From: Malacoraja senta
Lineage: Eukaryota
Reading direction: 5' to 3'
DNA length: 64,000 nucleotides
Assembly: GCA_038087875.1 (NCBI GenBank)
Contig: CM075985.1
Coordinates: 25,048,001 to 25,112,000, forward strand
The notes under the pieces are model-generated. The model was not told where the DNA came from, made no database searches, and saw only the letters and a list, made by a program, of their open reading frames with translations. Positions 62,801-64,000 of this stretch are shown piece after piece (the stretch's first letter is position 1; every line of letters begins with the position of its first letter). The position numbers were made by a program, and so were the translations under genes.

Positions 62801-63925
62801 TTCTAAAAGACTTGGAAGTAAGTGAAGATGGGTTGATTAGTAAGTTTGCAGATGACACCAAGATTGGTGTAGTTCTGGAAGAGTTTGGAAGTCATGTAAC
62901 AGCTTTGTAGATCTTTGGTTAGGCCACATTTGAAGTATTGCGTGCAGTTTTGGTCTCAACACACAGGAAGCATTTGAAGGCTTTGGAGAGTGTAAAGAAC
63001 AGGTTGACCAGAATGCTGCCTAATGTAAGTTATTTGTTGTTCGGTTGGTAAAATTGGATTATTTTCTCGAGAAGATCGGAAGTTGAGGGAACACCTGATG
63101 GTAGTGTCTGGAAATATGAGACGCATAAATAGGGTAGAGTGTTATTTCCATGGTAGAAATGTCAAAGGCTAGAGGGCACAGCTTTAAGGTGAGTGGGGAA
63201 AAATGTAATGGAGATTACCGTATTAAGATTTTTAACAATTAAAAAAAAATGTTCGGCACAGATACTGTGGACCGAAGATATTGTGGATTGTGGTCCTGCG
63301 CTGTACTGTTGTATTTGACGATTTATAAAATGTCAGCCTAAGTGTACTACTTTCGCAAAAATTGCAACGTTGAAAATACTAAATAAGGATTGACATGTGC
63401 TTGCATTTCTAGTAAAACATGCATTTCTGATGTCATTTGAACAAATACTTCACTTACCAGATGTGGAACTGGGAGGAGGGGAATGTGTTGTTGATGCAGT
63501 TGTAACTGGGAAAACAAAAGTAAAAATTCAGCTGCTGCAGCTTTCTGATGTTGAGTACACTGATGATTAATAACGCCTTAATAGATGAAACTCCTTCTAT
63601 CTTGATCTGTAACAGGCAAACACTGATCCAAATCAATGCTCACTAGCTTTCAATTTATGTCAGATAGGGAAATATCTTATCCACTTCTATATTATTCAAG
63701 CAGGTGTACTGAATGTGGAAAGAACAAAATCATGAATTTAATTGCATCCTGTAAATGACAATAATCTTGTACATTTCCACAGACTGCTGCTCTTGATGAC
63801 ACTGCGCTGGTGAATGCATTCGTGTATTCATATACGTAACAATGCAATTTTTCTTATATCATTTGAAGAAATCCATCACTTACCAGTTGTTGAATGATGA
63901 ACAGACGGAGTGATTGTTGTACTTC
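21686..63925 (-). CDS. Gel-forming mucin (MUC2/MUC5-like), spliced, 5'-partial (continues beyond the window)
   Basis: Exon chain with compatible phases: PTS microexons > CysD > VWD (GDPH) > C8 > TIL > CTCK > stop. Confidence 0.93.
22028..23645 (-). mobile_element. Full-length Tc1 transposon (1618 bp) in the last mucin intron
   Basis: TA TSDs and ~210 bp TIRs starting CAGTGGCTTGCAAAAGT. Confidence 0.96.
22246..23266 (-). pseudogene. Tc1 DD34E transposase (premature TGA at 23138-23140; frameshift near 22895)
   Basis: Starts MKPKEHTRQVRDKVVEKFK; has WSDETK, QQDNDPKH and SPDLNPIE motifs. Confidence 0.93.
23858..23957 (-). CDS. Mucin exon, CTCK N-terminal half
   Basis: tttcag|..CKTTVVHKIVGNGTCQTDIEMKQCVGNCFSST..|gtaagt; 100 nt, phase 1 to phase 2. 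Confidence 0.92.
24547..24647 (-). CDS. Mucin exon, TIL second half (probable GC donor)
   Basis: ccttttcag|..TVEPGTHTSEAGCFCPDGMMMTENSTECVSACE..|gcaagt. Confidence 0.85.
24761..24830 (-). CDS. Mucin exon, TIL first half
   Basis: tttcaag|..HTCPHNLVYKACPNKTDDRCVN..|gtaagt; 70 nt. Confidence 0.9.
26950..27810 (+). mobile_element. CR1 5' region/ORF1 remnant with a ~130 bp tandem duplication
   Basis: Zinc-finger-like VCRMWEARD...CGKCVQ plus leucine-zipper remnants near 27450-27620. Duplicated gcaatcaaagagaagcagggagaagagcttattg. Confidence 0.6.
27811..28645 (-). mobile_element. CR1 3' end (5'-truncated)
   Basis: ORF 27934..28470 (LYRALVRPHLEYCVQFWSP), 3' UTR and (CTATTGT)n tail. Confidence 0.92.
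28646..29760 (+). mobile_element. CR1 3' end (5'-truncated), back-to-back with the previous copy
   Basis: ORF 29109..29426 and 3' UTR ending cctattgtct. Confidence 0.92.
30597..30766 (-). CDS. Mucin exon, C8 domain
   Basis: ctattcag|..PFEKCRQKVGIEHFKETCIYDNCGPNVTCSSLDAAADECFKLGFCVDWRPYTNGSC..|gtaagt; 170 nt. Confidence 0.94.
31286..31645 (-). mobile_element. CR1 3' end fragment
   Basis: ORF 31436..31633 (FFTQRVVNLWNSLP) plus 3' UTR. Confidence 0.88.
32329..32521 (-). CDS. Mucin exon, VWD end / C8 linker
   Basis: tag|..PCSRRNGTGVSSDCCSTTASEWIYNDIKKPYC...HPICDLITG..|gtaagt; 193 nt, phases fit both neighbours. Confidence 0.85.
32615..32795 (-). CDS. Mucin exon, VWD C-terminal part
   Basis: tttcacag|LTVNGHDMKIPYF...FLTNTQGQC G|gtatgt; 181 nt. 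Confidence 0.92.
33360..33589 (-). CDS. Mucin exon, VWD N-terminal part with GDPH
   Basis: [31 protein letters not shown]...ENNK|gtaagt; 230 nt. Confidence 0.95.
33685..33862 (-). CDS. Mucin exon, Cys-rich region before VWD
   Basis: ctctttag|CNETWTTKCKNYTC...GKRPVKIITDNGCCYRLECV|gtcagt; 178 nt. Confidence 0.9.
35944..36335 (-). CDS. Mucin exon, CysD (WxxW) domain plus short PTS; absent from the ORF track
   Basis: tttcag|..LVCDGTWSAWSNQNSP...IECEAVG...VTCNLKKGLIC...CLDYKIRVCC...CVCETTPRRK|gtaagt. Confidence 0.94.
37238..37294 (-). CDS. Mucin PTS microexon (57 nt)
   Basis: ctgctcag|..ATTPTAGRTTVSTPSSTT G|gtaagt; phase 1-1. Confidence 0.85.
37755..38024 (-). mobile_element. HE1-like tRNA-derived SINE (elasmobranch V-SINE type)
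   Basis: tRNA-like head, central ggaggaaaccggag...ggggagaatgtacaaa domain and CR1-like tail. Family recognised by eye. Confidence 0.75.
38516..38548 (-). CDS. Mucin PTS microexon (33 nt)
   Basis: ctttccaag|..TTLTTSISTT G|gtaagt; phase 1-1. Confidence 0.8.
38836..38897. repeat. (GA)n microsatellite
   Basis: Direct reading. Confidence 0.95.
38930..39400 (+). mobile_element. CR1 ORF2 internal fragment
   Basis: KSPGPD, VPEDWRVANVVPLFKKG and QHGF motifs. Confidence 0.85.
39471..39515 (-). CDS. Mucin PTS microexon, type A-like (45 nt)
   Basis: ttccccag|..TTTTTHQPPFSSTF G|gtaagt. Confidence 0.83.
41213..43590 (-). mobile_element. CR1 fragment split by a younger opposite-strand CR1
   Basis: Minus ORFs 41213..41410 and 43287..43541. 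The host reads ccccattag [insert] tttagaaaatagtct. Confidence 0.8.
41571..43130 (+). mobile_element. CR1 3' 1.55 kb (RT), nested
   Basis: ORF 41938..42924 with GVPQGSVLGP and YADDTK; (GGTTAT)n tail. Confidence 0.92.
44423..44470 (-). CDS. Mucin PTS microexon A0 (48 nt)
   Basis: ttttcccag|..TTTTPTHQPSPSSTS G|gtaagg. Confidence 0.83.
45183..45236 (-). CDS. Mucin PTS microexon C0 (54 nt)
   Basis: ttctccag|..EPTTTKVTTTPSTSSIS G|gtgagt. Confidence 0.83.
45621..46068. mobile_element. PIF/Harbinger-like MITE
   Basis: GC-rich 448 bp insert absent from paralogous units, with TAA TSD and imperfect TIRs AGGCTCTGTCTTATG / CGTGAGACAGGCCTT. Confidence 0.8.
46250..51009 (-). mobile_element. DIRS1-type tyrosine-recombinase retrotransposon, complete termini, decayed ORFs
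   Basis: Internal region ~46482-46590 is complementary to both termini, and ATT is present at both ends. RT (NGLTSVPRKFTK), RNase H (INNTTAMACIN), methyltransferase-like (VVPDGSTQPWFP) and weak YR remnants. Absent from paralogous units. Confidence 0.9.
51247..53890 (-). mobile_element. CR1 LINE, ~2.6 kb, 5'-truncated
   Basis: ORFs 52251..53390, 52002..52250 and 51534..52001 cover RT to the C-terminus; 3' UTR and tail present. Confidence 0.95.
54112..54156 (-). CDS. PTS microexon A1 (45 nt)
   Basis: ccccag|..TTASTHHPPSSSTS G|gtaagt. Confidence 0.83.
54532..54573 (-). CDS. PTS microexon B1 (42 nt)
   Basis: acaacag|..STTITPSVHHSTT G|gtaagt; weak acceptor. Confidence 0.65.
54843..55387 (+). 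mobile_element. CR1 3' end inserted in a repeat unit
   Basis: ORF 54844..55278 and (TTTCTATG)n tail; absent in sister units. Confidence 0.92.
55564..55617 (-). CDS. PTS microexon C1 (54 nt)
   Basis: cag|CAG..EPSTTKVTTTPSTSSTS G|gtgagt. Confidence 0.82.
56346..56387 (-). CDS. PTS microexon B2 (42 nt)
   Basis: STTITPSVHQSTI; gtaagt donor. Confidence 0.62.
56779..56832 (-). CDS. PTS microexon C2 (54 nt)
   Basis: EPTTTKITTTPSTSSTS; gtgagt donor. Confidence 0.82.
57833..57880 (-). CDS. PTS microexon A3 (48 nt)
   Basis: TTASTTHSPPPSSTS; canonical splice sites. Confidence 0.83.
58259..58300 (-). CDS. PTS microexon B3 (42 nt)
   Basis: STTITPSVHHSTT; gtaagt donor. Confidence 0.65.
58691..58741 (-). 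CDS. PTS microexon C3 (51 nt)
   Basis: One-codon-shorter variant EPTTTKVTTPSTSFTS; frame preserved. Confidence 0.82.
59733..59780 (-). CDS. PTS microexon A4 (48 nt)
   Basis: TTASTTHHPPPSSTS; canonical splice sites. Confidence 0.83.
60156..60197 (-). CDS. PTS microexon B4 (42 nt)
   Basis: STTITPSVHHSTT; gtaagt donor. Confidence 0.65.
60467..61012 (+). mobile_element. CR1 3' end, duplicate of 54843-55387
   Basis: Same truncation point and near-identical ORF (60468..60902). Confidence 0.92.
61189..61242 (-). CDS. PTS microexon C4 (54 nt)
   Basis: EPSTTKVTTTPSTSSTS; gtgagt donor. Confidence 0.82.
61971..62012 (-). CDS. PTS microexon B5 (42 nt)
   Basis: STTITPSVHHSTT; gtaagt donor. Confidence 0.65.
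62404..62457 (-). CDS. PTS microexon C5 (54 nt)
   Basis: EPTTTKVTTTPSTSSTS; gtgagt donor. Confidence 0.82.
63458..63505 (-). CDS. PTS microexon A6 (48 nt)
   Basis: TTASTTHSPPPSSTS; canonical splice sites. Confidence 0.83.
63884..63925 (-). CDS. PTS microexon B6 (42 nt)
   Basis: STTITPSVHHSTT; gtaagt donor. Confidence 0.65.
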
Positions 63926-64000
63926 CTGTTGTAATTATAATTTGGAAACAGAAAGAAAAATAATCAAATTGAAGACATTTTTGACTACTGCAAAGTAGTC

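Larger units (their letters stand above)
53915..64000 (-). repeat. Tandem array of ~1.8-1.9 kb exon-bearing units forming a ~5.62 kb higher-order repeat (runs off the window)
   Basis: Offsets of 5621-5625 between paralogous ORFs (54828/60452, 55569/61194, 57829/63454). B-exon spacings 1814, 1913, 1897, 1815, 1913. Confidence 0.95.

Noticed and set aside
54108-63636. Repeated 60-74 aa ORFs in the array (e.g. MKARALIWIRV..., MELVEGVVVTL...)
   Set aside because: These are off-frame or antisense readings across microexons and introns, repeated only because the unit is repeated.
53915-64000. CRISPR-like or prokaryotic repeat system
   Set aside because: Units are kilobase-scale with spliceosomal signals and no unique spacers; the window is eukaryotic.

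Overview
Eukaryotic, repeat-rich vertebrate DNA. It is probably from a cartilaginous fish (skate or ray), inferred from an HE1-like SINE and dense CR1-type LINEs. The first ~18 kb is intergenic and holds two LTR elements. The first (467-8301, minus) has ~1 kb LTRs, a 4-bp ATTT target-site duplication and a tRNA-Arg-like PBS. It carries gag, a pol whose RT is deleted in-frame, and an env resembling paramyxovirus-type F fusion proteins (lokiretrovirus-like). The second (~8701-16082, plus) is a tRNA-Pro-primed, gag-only ERV. From ~21.3 kb to the window end lies the 3' part of a minus-strand gel-forming mucin gene (MUC2/MUC5-like), largely missed by the ORF track. Its order is PTS microexons > CysD > VWD (GDPH) > C8 > TIL > CTCK, reconstructed with consistent splice phases. 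The Thr/Ser/Pro-rich domain is encoded by at least 19 symmetric phase-1 microexons of 33-57 nt. Most sit in ~1.9 kb tandem units organised as a ~5.62 kb higher-order repeat. The introns hold a Tc1 transposon, a structurally complete but decayed DIRS1 element, a Harbinger MITE, many CR1 fragments and a SINE. A hAT MITE and a Penelope-type hammerhead motif lie just downstream of the gene. All coordinates were read by eye; boundaries of degraded repeats are approximate.
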